A DNA stretch of 64,000 nucleotides, from NCBI GenBank assembly GCA_038087875.1, contig CM075988.1:17300001-17364000 (forward strand), written 5' to 3'. Origin of the DNA: Malacoraja senta. Taxonomy: Eukaryota. Shown here piece after piece: positions 53,180 to 64,000 of this stretch. Numbering within the stretch: the first letter of the stretch is position 1; the number at the start of each line of letters is the position of its first letter. The notes below the pieces were generated by a model that was not told the DNA's origin, did not search any database, and saw only the letters and a program-made list of their open reading frames with translations. The position numbers were made by a program, and so were the translations under genes.

Positions 53180-53470
53180 AGGGCAGCACCATGGCGCAGT
53201 GGTAAAGTTGCTGCCTGGCAGCGCCAGAGACCCGGGTTCGATCCTGACTACGGGTGCTGTCTGTATGGAGTTTGTATTTTCTCCCTGTGACCACCTGGGT
53301 TTTTTCTGGGAGCTCCGGTTTCTTCCCAGACGTACACTAATTGGCTTGGTAAAATTGTAAACTGTCCCTAGTGTGCATAGGATAGTATTAGTGTGTGGGG
53401 ATCACTGGTCGGCGTAGACTCGGTGGGCCAAATGGCCCGTTTTTGCGCTCTATCTCTAAACTAAAACTAA
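53180..53470 (+). mobile_element. V-SINE (HE1-like)
   Basis: gggcagcaccatggcgcagtgg head, gggttcgatcc, V-domain and tail. Confidence 0.85.
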
Positions 53471-54117
53471 GAATTATGTAGCCTTCATGAAATAGAGGGA
53501 AGACTTTTCATCCCATCAAGGTCTACGTAGCCACAGAGAACAATTCTCATTCCTGACTAAGTCTCCTTGTAGAGTAACATAGGAGAATATGTGCAGGAGT
53601 AGGTGACTTGGCCTATCAGGCCTACCCCACCATTCAATATGATCGTGTATGATCTGTCCCAAACCTCCTCGCCTCTTCCCCATTGCTTGGATTCCTTAAT
53701 CTTTCAAACTTTTTTCTAAACTTCCTATTTAAACACCCCTATAATCTAACCTCCACAGTTATCCTATGTCACGATACAGGAGACTTAGTCAGGAATGAGA
53801 ATTCTCTGCAGCAAAGAACTACAGAGATTCGCCACCTTAGCCAGAAGTTGTTCCAACACACATCAGTTTTAAATGACCACCATATAATTTTGCATTAATA
53901 TCCCCTCTCCAATCAGCTCTTCCCCCATCTACACAGTCGGGGCATTTTAAAGTGGTACTCAACCAGCAAACCCCAGGAGTCTTTGGAAATGGGAGGAAAA
54001 CAGTGCATTTGGGATACAGCACCAAAAGTCAAAGCAATGACATGCAAACTCCACACAGTCAGTACTGGAGGTCTGGATCGATCTCTGTCCACTAGTGTGA
54101 GGAAGCATTCTACTTAG

Positions 54118-54795
54118 AGCCATAGTCATCGAATCAGTCAAAATGCATAGAAACAGGCCCTTCAGCCCAACTTGCTCATGCCGACGGAAATGCCCACTGA
54201 CATTAGTCCCACCTGCCTGCGTTTGGCCCAAATACCTCGAAGCCTTTTGTATTCATGCAAGTGTCCAAATGTCTTTTAAATGTTCTTATAGTACCTGCCT
54301 CAACTACCTCCTATTGAATGTGTAAGAAAGAACTGCAGATGCTGGTTTAAGTCGGGACCGTTCTTCAGTCCGAAGAAAGGTCTCGACATGAAACATCGCC
54401 CATTCCTTCTCTCCAGAGATGCTGCCTCACCCGCTGAATTACTCCAGCATTTTGTGTCTACCTACCTCCTATTAAATCTTTCTCCCCGCATTTAAACCTA
54501 TGTCCTCTGGTTCTTAATTCGCCTACTTTGGGTAAAATACTATGCATTCATCCTTTCTATTCCCATCATGATCTTATGCACCTCTATAAGATCACCCCCA
54601 CATCGTCCTGCGCTCCAAGGGATAATGTCCTAGCCTGCCCAACCTCCCCCGATAGCTCAGGCCCTCAAGTCCAAGCAACATCCTCGTAAATCTTCTCTGC
54701 ATTCCTTCTTGCTTCACAACATCTTTCCTACAGCAGAGTGATGAAAACTGAACACAATGCTCCAAATGCAGCCTCACCAACATATTGTACAACTA
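54118..54795 (-). mobile_element. CR1 LINE 3' fragment with nested foldback Penelope-like piece (~54320-54461)
   Basis: LVRLHLEHCVQF and QRRFTRML; nested insert bounded by ctacctcctatt direct repeats. Confidence 0.8.
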
Positions 54796-55064
54796 GCTTT
54801 CTACTTCCGTGCCACTGTCCAACCTGTTGCACCTCTGTTGGACAATCACTTCCGCCCTCAAGTCCTGCACCCACCCTCCCATTAAACACTGTAATTTTCC
54901 ATGGTTAAAGTTGGCAGATTGCAAAATAGAGTCTGCACTGCCTGAGGAAAACACTCAGAGGGAGAGAAGATGACATACAAATCTCCGTGAAGGTCGCTGC
55001 CACTTAAGATACAATGAAAATTGCCAGTGAGCCAGAACAAACTTCAGATTCGAGCCGAACATAC

Positions 55065-55321
55065 CTGCTGCAGTGTGGAAACTTTAACTCCAGTTTGTCG
55101 AAGAGTTTTTCCAGTTTGGAGGCCGGGTTGACAACCGGTGGAGTGCCGCGAGTGTTAACTCCCGCCGGAGGCCCCAAGCCTGGCGGAAACCTTGGAGCAG
55201 GCGGAAGGTGCGGCGGGTAAAAGGCAACCGGGGGAAACGCTGCCAAAGGAGGCATGCTACTGGGGAAATAGGGAGGCAGCGTGGGAGAGGGATGCCAGTT
55301 TGCTTGGGACAGTAGATCAGG
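55065..55321 (-). CDS. RNF214: RNF214 exon (257 nt), Pro-rich region plus KLEKL helix
   Basis: ctgcag|CCTGAT...AGCAG|gtatgt; PDLLSQANWHP...NPASKLEKLFDKLELKFPHCS(R). Confidence 0.9.
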
Positions 55322-55499
55322 CTGCAGGTTAAAAGGAAAAACACAAAGAATTAAGAATTGGGTTGAGGTAGTCGAGAGTCAAGAGTGTTTTATTGTCATT
55401 TGTCTCAAAAACAATGAAATTCTTACTTGCAGCAGCACAACAGAATATGTAAACATAGTACACCGTAAACAATATACTAAACAAGATAAACTGTTCAAT

Positions 55500-55600
55500 G
55501 TGTGTGTATATATATATATATCTATATATATCTATATCTATATCTATATATATCTATCTATATATCTATATCTATACACACACATATATACTCACACACG
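55500..55600. repeat. (TA)/(TATATC)/(CA) compound microsatellite inside a Rex1 3' UTR fragment
   Basis: Directly visible tandem units. Confidence 0.9.
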
Positions 55601-57163
55601 CCCATATTCGTACACTTAAAAACAAACACCAATAATTGTGCAATAATGGTTTATGTAGTTCAGAGGTTATTTGAGGTTGTAGTGTTTAATAGCCTGATGG
55701 CTGGAGGGAAGAAGCCGTTCCTGAACCTGGACGTTACAGTTTTCAGCCTCCCATACCTCCTTCCCGATGGCAGCGGTGAAATGAACAAAGAAATAGAGAA
55801 CAGAGAAATAGAACAGAGTTGGCAATGATACAAACCTATTATTCAAGTAATTAAACTGGAACTTAAAAGAAAGCTCGTCACAGTGCCAATAATTGCAAAA
55901 CTAATTGAATCGTCATTAAAATCCTTCTGATTTACCCTTGTGCTTGAGGGGAGGAAATCTGTCCTGGGGCTCCTTAGTTCATGGGCACTCAGTTGCAGAC
56001 AATAAACCCTGTCATTACCAGTGATTCCACAAACCCTGAACAGAAGGCATAAATCCAAGGACGCTCTTGATTGCAACTACACTTGTCAATAGTAGCACAT
56101 GGGATAAGATCAGAGCATACTTGGTCAAATTGCTGCAGCATACTTCAGAGTAATGGCCTTTTAAATGGGATAACGTTCAGTAAAATAGAGGACCTGGGAA
56201 TTTCAGAAGCAGTCTGATCTGAGTTTATAATAGAAAACCAGAAGAATCACTGAGGAAATGCAAGCCAATGTTTTTGTGATGTAACGAGCTAGATGTGTGG
56301 TATGGAAATGATTGATCCAATGGAAATAAATAGCATGAGTCTATGTTGCCTGGAGTATAAGAGAGGAAAAGGGGACATTGAAATATAAAATACAATTCTT
56401 ACGAGGGCCTCAATGGCGAGAGACAGTTCTGCCTGGCTGGACAGTGTGGAGATATGGGACACTGCTTGATGTGAGATGGGCTAATTATAACTGGCGTGCG
56501 GAGAAGTGTGATTTTATACAGAGGGTTAAGAATCTTTGGAATTCGCTACTCCAGAGATCTGGATCTTTGAAGTGTTAAGTATCTTCCAGACCAAAATCAA
56601 TGGATTTTTGAACAAGGAAAATAATCATATTGGCAGAGGAAAGAGTCCAGGCACTACTTTACTGAATGGAATAGAAGGCTCATGGGGTTGGATAATGCAG
56701 TCCTTGATAAATGGTTACAGAAATTATTATTTCCTTTGTTCCCTGAATTAACACATACTTATCAAATTGATCCTGTCACCATTTTAATGGATTACTTATT
56801 TTGGACAAATGACTGCTATAGAGAAAGAGAATTTCAATCAGTACAAAAGAATACAGAAGATTGCTGACTATCAGATACCACCGTTTGATGGGGAAACTAT
56901 TGATTTTTAGTTAATGAGACGAACAATAGCATCATTGTGGTTAGTCACCAGACCAGCAGGCAGAATTTTTGATGACTGATCCCGAGACACAGGTTCAAAT
57001 CTCACCACGGTAGCTGGGGAGTTTGAAATTTAAGCAATTACATCAATTAGTAATTTTAAAGTAAAACATCAGGTCTCTCGGACAGCAATCATGAAACAAT
57101 CAGATTCCCATCATCTGGTCTGTCCTACATGTGACTTCAGATCTTAACTGCCTTCTCAAACTA

Positions 57164-57436
<273 letters not shown>

Positions 57437-59309
57437 TCAAAGTAGTGCTCTTGAGGTTCAACGTAGAGAAACAACAGTGAATACACACATTGCAAGCTCC
57501 TACAAAGAGTGAGACAATGATCATGTCATATCCTATTTCAAGTTCAAGTGAGTTTATTGTCATGTGTCCCTGATAGGACAATCAAATTCTTGCTTTGCTT
57601 CAGCACACAGAATATAGTAGGCATTTACTACAAAACAGATCAGTGTGTCCATATACCATTATATAAATGGTATATATTTATTATATTTATTGGTGATAGA
57701 GGAATAAATATTGACCAAGATACAAGGGAAAGATCTTCAGTCACCTGGAGGATGGAGGGGAGATACCACCTCATAAGACCACAAGACAAAGGAGTGGAAT
57801 TAGGCCATTTGGCCCATCAAGTCTACTCTGCCATTTAACTGTGGCTGATCTATTTTCCCCCTCAACCCTATTCTCCTGCCTCCTCCCCGTAACCTTTGAC
57901 GCCCTTCCTAATCAAGAGCATATCAATCTCCATTTTAAAAATACCCAATGAATTGGCCTCCGCAGCCGTCTGTGGCATTTTATCCAAATTACAGCAGGCC
58001 TGACTGAGTCACACACTGTCAGCGCGTTAGTCAGGATTCTGTGTTCCCGACTTCATTGGAACCTGTGGCCCAAGGTGACGAGAGAGAGTCCCACTAAGCC
58101 ACGACTGACACCAACTAAACACAGAAAGCAAATGCAAAGCACAAAGTGCTGGAGGAATCCAGCGTGTCCGGCAGTATCTGCGGAGGAAACGGACATGTGA
58201 TGTTTCAGGTCAGGACCCTTGTTCAGACCGAAATGTCATCTGTCCGTTTCCTCCGCAGATGCTGCCTGACCTGCTGAGTTCCTCGAGCACTTGGTGTTTT
58301 GCTCAAGGTTGCACCATCTGCAGTTGCTCGTGTCTCCACAGAGAACCATGTGCTCTGTGGCCATCTTGCAATATTCCGCACACTGGTGCAATAACCCAGG
58401 CTGCAGGTTTCTCAGCAAGTTCCACAAGAAAGCCATCAGCCTGGCCCCAAGACAAAGAGGCAATCTGCGATAAATCTGATCGGGAAGATTGTTCTTACAG
58501 GAAATACTCCCCATCTGGTGGCCAGATGATGTATTTACCAAACAAACAGCTTGGCTTTGGGACAAATTAGCATACTTGGGGAAGGAGAGGAAAGAAAATC
58601 CAGAAAACCACGAGCGCAGGAAATTTGTGACAAAAAGAACTGCTGAAAATATAGAGCAAAGTCATCCACACTTCAAAAGAGAACGATAATCTCTCGAGAG
58701 CCAGGTGAATGTCTGATATGTTAACTACATGTGAAGTCTACTGATCAAAAGGATAAAAGAACCACAGATAAAATGAACCAAGATAACCTGAAAAACTGAT
58801 TTTGAAACCCTTGTCATTGTGAAGGGGCCTAGCCTAACCGTATACCTAATCCTTGCCACAGTTTCCTTTGGAGTTTTAAATGACCATCTATTAATATTAA
58901 CTAATCTTTTGTACCTTAGTATTTCAGGAAGACTGCGTTGTTCCTCTCTCTCCATCCCTCCCCCATACTAGTTCTCCCACAAGTTTCACCATTCTCCTGA
59001 TTAATTTTTCTGATTGTATGGCTTGTTTTCACCTTTCCCCAGCTAACAATGAACCATTCTACATTTCCTTGATCAACATCTGCATTGAGCTGTCGTTTTC
59101 ACACTCACCCTTCCATATCTCTAGTCTCCCTCTTCCCTGACTCAGTCTGAAGAAGGGTCTCAACCAAAAACCATTCCTTCTCTCCAGAGATGCTGCCTGT
59201 CCCGCTGAGTCACTCCAGCATTTTGTGTCTATCTTCGGTGTTAACCAGCATCTGCAGTTCCTTCCTACACAGATTGTAGCTACTCTCTCACCTCCCCTGA
59301 TCTAGTGCC

Positions 59310-59645
59310 ACAGACAATAGACAATAGGTGCAGGAGTAGGCCATTCGGCCCTTTGAGCCAGCACCGCCACCGCCATTATAGGGCTTACTCCTTATTCTTA
59401 AACTGTGGCCCCTATTTTTGGACTCCCCCAACATCGGGAACATATTTCCTGCCTCTAGCATGTCCAAACCCTTAACAATCTTATATGTTTCAACGAGATA
59501 CCCTTTCATCCTTCTAAACTCCAGAGTGTACAAGCACAGCTGCTCCATTCTCTCAGCATATGACAGTCCCGCCATCCCGGGAATTAACCTTGTAAACCTA
59601 CGCTGCACTCACTCAAAAGCAAGAATGTCCTTCCTCAAATTAGGT
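59310..59645 (-). mobile_element. CR1 LINE 3' fragment (same subfamily as 750-2084)
   Basis: ORF 59288..59608 is nearly the same as 1598..1999. Confidence 0.88.
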
Positions 59646-59789
59646 TTTGTCAAACAGCTTTTGTCAAAAGGCAGCGTTACCTGGGCAGATGTTCAGTTTG
59701 CATACAAACACCTGTTTCGGGCCACTTGCCCAATTTTACAGCCACTGGCCCACAAACCCTTGACAGCTCGGCCGCCATCTCAGTCTCAC

Positions 59790-59871
59790 CTTTATATTCT
59801 CCGTTTGAACCTGGATGTCATTCAATCTTCTATGCCATTCCCGTGCAAGATTAGAACTTCCTGTCTGAGGC
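59790..59871 (-). CDS. RNF214: RNF214 exon (82 nt)
   Basis: tgttag|GCCTCA...ATAAAG|gtgaga; (R)PQTGSSNLAREWHRRLNDIQVQTENIK. Confidence 0.88.
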
Positions 59872-60310
59872 CTAACAAACAAAAATAAAAGATTCCACAA
59901 GATCTCAGTGCACAGAAAAATCCCGCATGTGCTGAAGTCTATGAAAAGTTAACAGTCAAGCATGGGTGAAACAAAAAGCATTGTTCCTTAGTCAGACCGA
60001 TCCAAAAGTAATTATGGTATCGTGTTCTTGCCTGGTGCCAAAAAGGGATTTTTTCTCAAATTTAACCTCGTTTGATTTCATGCTGCCTTTGAAATTGGCT
60101 GAAGGACACAAATGAAATGAGAACTATTCATCTTGGAGCTGGTCTGTCAATAAAGCCCTTCAGCTTTCACAGAATGCTGGCCTGATGAACGGGCTGTATT
60201 TACTCCACGTCCTTCTGACCGTTCGATGAAAGCGCCGCGCAGTTGGGCAAGGATGAAATAAATTGGTGAGAGAGAGAGAAAAAAAAACTTCAAAGCTAAT
60301 AGACTCTGAC

Positions 60311-60399
60311 CTTAAGTTGAAAATCTGCAGTTCTGCCTCATTAGCTGCCTGTTCCAACATCATAACTGCAATTTCTCTCTTGCTCTCCAGAGACTGAAC
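60311..60399 (-). CDS. RNF214: RNF214 exon (89 nt), coiled coil
   Basis: ttgcag|GTTCAG...TTAAG|gtcaga; VQSLESKREIAVMMLEQAANEAELQIFNL(R). Confidence 0.9.
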
Positions 60400-61490
60400 C
60401 TGCAATAGTTTAAGCATTAACGATCTGCAAAACAGAGAACTGGACATTTAATTCTCCTTCAACTTGGGGCGACAAATGTTACCAGCAAGCCCAACATTTA
60501 TTGCCCATCCCCATTGCCCTCAAGGTGGTGATGTTGAGCCACATGGTGAAGATAGGTCATGTGGAGTTAAATGGGGACCCAGCAAAGACCTGAGGTTTTA
60601 CCAAGATCCATAAAGAGGAATTTCGAAGAGTACACAAAGTTAGTTCACTTACATGAATCTGGATTACGCATTAATGGGTGAAAACACAGTTTGCTAACTT
60701 TATTGTTTTATTATGGAATGAAGAGAGAGTGCAAGAAACAAAAAACAAAGTGAAAGGAAGCAGGAAAGTCTTTGGTTTAACATCTCGGCCAAAAGTATCA
60801 CTTTTGACACCGAAATACTTCCTTGTTCGTCTAATTCCTCGTACGTTTGAGGAGATTCATCATATCGCCAATATTCTTTTGAACTTGTATGGTGGAGAGC
60901 ACTCTGACTGGTTGCGTTCTCATCTGGCTACCATCAAGGTGGTGGTACAGGAGCAAGAGGACCATTGCCTCCAGGCTCAAGAACCACCCCTGCTGAATCA
61001 TACTCTAGACAGTGCACTATTAAGGATGCACCATGTACTCCGGCTTACACTCTCCCGGCCTGCTCTACTTGCATACTGATCATTTATTCTATACCTATTT
61101 CTTGTGCAGTTCCGTTTAATGTGCCTTTAAAGCTGCAGCAAGTAAGAATTTTATGGTTCTGGTCCCAGTACAAATGACAATTATACACTCTTGACTCAGT
61201 ACTGCACAGGAATGTTAACCTTAATTCAAACAATACAGTTTACTTACAGTCAGATCTTAAAGATGTATTTAATCTCCCACCCCCCCCCCCACCAAAAAAA
61301 AAATCACATCTAGGCTTGTTTACTGCCTGCCTTTCTTAAGACTGAAATCAAATACCACTAAGTTCAGACCCCAGGAGATGTTATTATTTTGGATTGTGTT
61401 ATGCAGGATAGCAGGCAGTAAATGCAAGTGTAAAAGCCCTCTATACTGACAGAATACCCAAACCCCTGAACATACAATAAAGACATGGAC

Positions 61491-61587
61491 CTCAGCTTTC
61501 AATGCACGTTCTGTCTCTTCCAAGATGTTCTTGTTGAGCTTGTTATGCTGAAGCCGCAGTTTCGCCAAATCCTCATTCAGCATCTCC
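61491..61587 (-). CDS. RNF214: RNF214 exon (97 nt), coiled coil
   Basis: ttgcag|GGAGAT...GCTGAG|gtccat; EMLNEDLAKLRLQHNKLNKNILEETERALKAE, resembling human NRNIMEETERAWKAE. Confidence 0.9.
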
Positions 61588-62400
61588 CTGCAATAACAAG
61601 CCAGCCAGGATTAAAATGCAATTTGCAAGGAAATAGATTGCAGTTACCAACGACTCGGGCTTCCTTCCAGATTCAGATCATTTTAGCAAGCATCCAACAT
61701 TATGATTAAAAATCCCATGAAACATCAGATTGACTAGTCCCATTGGTGTCCCCCATATATTTACAATACAAAAATACAAAAAAACACAAACGTCAGGCAT
61801 CTGGAGCACGACCAGAGCACACACACTGAGAGAGATTGCTGTGGATTGCGTTGACTTGTGCCAGCGGATCAACACAAAACACTTTGCTGACAGATTAACA
61901 CAAAAGGAGTCCATCTGTTCACCATCCCAGAGCTCCACAATGACTCCATAGAGCATGGAAACAAGCTCTTCAGGCCAACCTACCAAGATGCCCCATTTAC
62001 ACTAGGCCCACCTGTCCGCATTTGGCCCATATCTCTCCAAATTCTTTCCAATCCATGTACCTGTCCAAATGACTTTTAAACATTGTTATAGTACCTGCCT
62101 CAACTATCTCCTCTTGCAGCTTGTTCCATGTACCCACCACCCTCTGGATGAAAACATTGCCCCTCAGGTTCCTCATGATCTTATACACCTCTATCAGGTC
62201 ACCCCTCCAACTGTCCTGCCAACATTACAACTCTTAATGTGGCATATGAGCCACACCCACAACTGTATGTTAATTGGTAATATGTTTTTGTGGCCATTGT
62301 CACATGGGTCACAGCAGTACACTGACTGGGTTGCATAATCATAGGGCTCTTGGAACTAAAAACGTTGGTCTCAAGTAAAGAATATGCGGCAAGGACTTAC

Positions 62401-62469
62401 TTTTTATCTGTATTATTGCTTGTCAGGATGGCAACCAGGTTCCCCTTCTCTTCTTGTTCCTTCATCAGT
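62401..62469 (-). CDS. RNF214: RNF214 exon (69 nt, phase 2-2), coiled coil
   Basis: ttctag|ACTGAT...TAAAAA|gtaagt; LMKEQEEKGNLVAILTSNNTDK(K), joining the next exon in frame. Confidence 0.78.
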
Positions 62470-62510
62470 CTAGAACAGAAAGACGCATTAAACCAACACG
62501 ATTGGCATCT

Positions 62511-62758
62511 TTGTAAGAAATAACTGCAGGTGCTGGTATAAACCGAAGATAGACACAAAAATCTGGAGTAACTCAGCGGGACAGGCAGCTTCTCTGGAGA
62601 GAAGGAATGGGTGACGTTTCAGGTCAAGACCCTTCCTCAGACTGGTTAGGGATAAGGGAAACGAGAGATATAGATGGTGATGTGGAGAGATAAAGAACAA
62701 TGAATGAAAGATATGTAAAAAGGTAATGATGAATAAGGAAATAGGCCATTGTTAGCTC
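62511..62758 (-). mobile_element. Penelope-like terminal repeat with hammerhead-like core and 12-bp TSD
   Basis: ctgaggaagggtcttgacctgaaacgtcacc on - (core 62640-62613); cgattggcatct at 62499-62510 and 62759-62770. Confidence 0.75.
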
Positions 62759-63769
62759 CGATTGGCATCTGGGTTGGCATGGACAAGTTGGACGAAGGGC
62801 CTGTTTCATACTGTACGAAGCCAGGAGAAAGATTTCAGTAGGGAAGAAATTGAACTTTTTTTTTGCCTTCCATCACAGTGAGGAATATGGAGGAGTCACT
62901 GTGGTGGATGTTCACGTTAAAAAGTATTTTGTGTGTTCCATTGCTTTTTTATTTGTATGACTGACTTCGCAAATGTTGACTTCCTCATATGTTGCAAAAC
63001 ATACTTGGCTAATAAAGTATCATTGTATTGTATTGTATTGTATTGTATCAATCTGTGATGGATTTGGGGAGTGTTATGCAAACTACAAAGGTTAATTTCC
63101 TTGAGCTAACAGCCCGAAACGTTGCCCATCTCCTTTGCTCCATAGATGCTGCCTCACCTGCTGAGTTTCTCCAGCATTTTTGTCTACCTTCGATTTTCCA
63201 GCATCTGCAGTTCCTTCTTAAACAATAATTCCTCTGTGTCGGGTTTATGAAAGAGAATTTTCAATTATTTATTTGGGAAAGAAAACTCCAAGATTTCAAT
63301 GCCTGCAAACGCTACAGTGAAAAAGATTTCGCTTTGTCTGCACGGTCCTCTCAAGGACAGCACAAACGGGTTTGCAAAGCTTTCTTTGTGCACTTCGAAC
63401 CACAGGAGTTGAGGATTTAAAAAAAAAAGAATTGAAGTGGGAGGAAAGAATAAACGGCAGGGCTTCCTGCTACTGGTTGAAATTCATACAGAAAATGTGG
63501 TAGGATTTTAGCTTCAGGTTTCCTCACATCTCCTAAAGATTCAAAGAATAATGAAACAAAATTGGTTCAATGCTTCAATGGCATTTTATTGTCACATGTG
63601 CCTAGCTACAGTGAAATTACTTCCTTGCACACAGCCAGTAAAATGATTACTATATATGGTCACAGTCATACTCGAGTACAGGGGTGTAGGAATAGTAGAT
63701 TACACTGAGATAGCACACAAGAGTCGCCACGTTTCCAGCGCCATTTTATATAATTCAAGTCCAATTGCC

Positions 63770-64000
63770 ACAAAAGGATGTGGAGAGGATGTTTCCAATA
63801 GTGGGAGAGTCTAGGACCAGAGCCCACAGCCTCAGAATAAAAGGACAGACCTTTAGAAAGAAGGGGAGGAATTTCTTTAGTCAGAGGGTGGCGAATCTGT
63901 GGAATACATTGCCACAGAAGGCTGTGGAGGTTGGCAATAGATATTTTTTTAAGGTGGGAATTGATAGGCTCTTGATTTGTACGGGTGTCAGGGGTTACGG
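63770..64000 (+). mobile_element. CR1 LINE 3' fragment (runs off window)
   Basis: gatgtggagaggatgtttcca...tcagagggtggcgaatctgtggaa. Confidence 0.8.

Noticed and set aside
62771..64000. Further upstream RNF214 exons
   Set aside because: I found no convincing splice-bounded, in-phase coiled-coil exon; the region is mostly repeat fragments.

Overview
Eukaryotic, repeat-dense vertebrate DNA, not microbial. The repeats (HE1-type V-SINEs, HER1/CR1 LINEs, Rex1, Penelope-like ends, Deu-type SINEs) point to a cartilaginous fish, probably a skate or ray (inference). Two convergent genes can be reconstructed exon by exon. BACE1 coding exons 4-9 lie on + (6512-23543), with GT-AG sites and lengths 138/135/102/150/172/242 nt matching the human gene. 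The last ten coding exons of RNF214 lie on - (62469 down to 47335) and encode coiled-coil, Pro-rich and RING-H2 regions with consistent intron phases. The 5' exons of both genes are outside the window. The rest is largely transposon-derived, and almost all short ORFs in the track are spurious. The most striking unannotated signal is a ~170-bp retroelement in BACE1 intron 3 (3584-3752, -). Its first 52 nt fold into a minimal HDV-like (double-pseudoknot) ribozyme beginning exactly at the edge of a target-site duplication. Also notable are dispersed Penelope-derived ends carrying minimal hammerhead-like cores, a ~120-bp-arm inverted repeat behind the BACE1 stop codon, a CpG-rich Harbinger-type MITE 43 nt from BACE1 exon 6, and a 69-nt frame-preserving RNF214 exon. 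All calls come from manual reading with no database searches; repeat boundaries are approximate.
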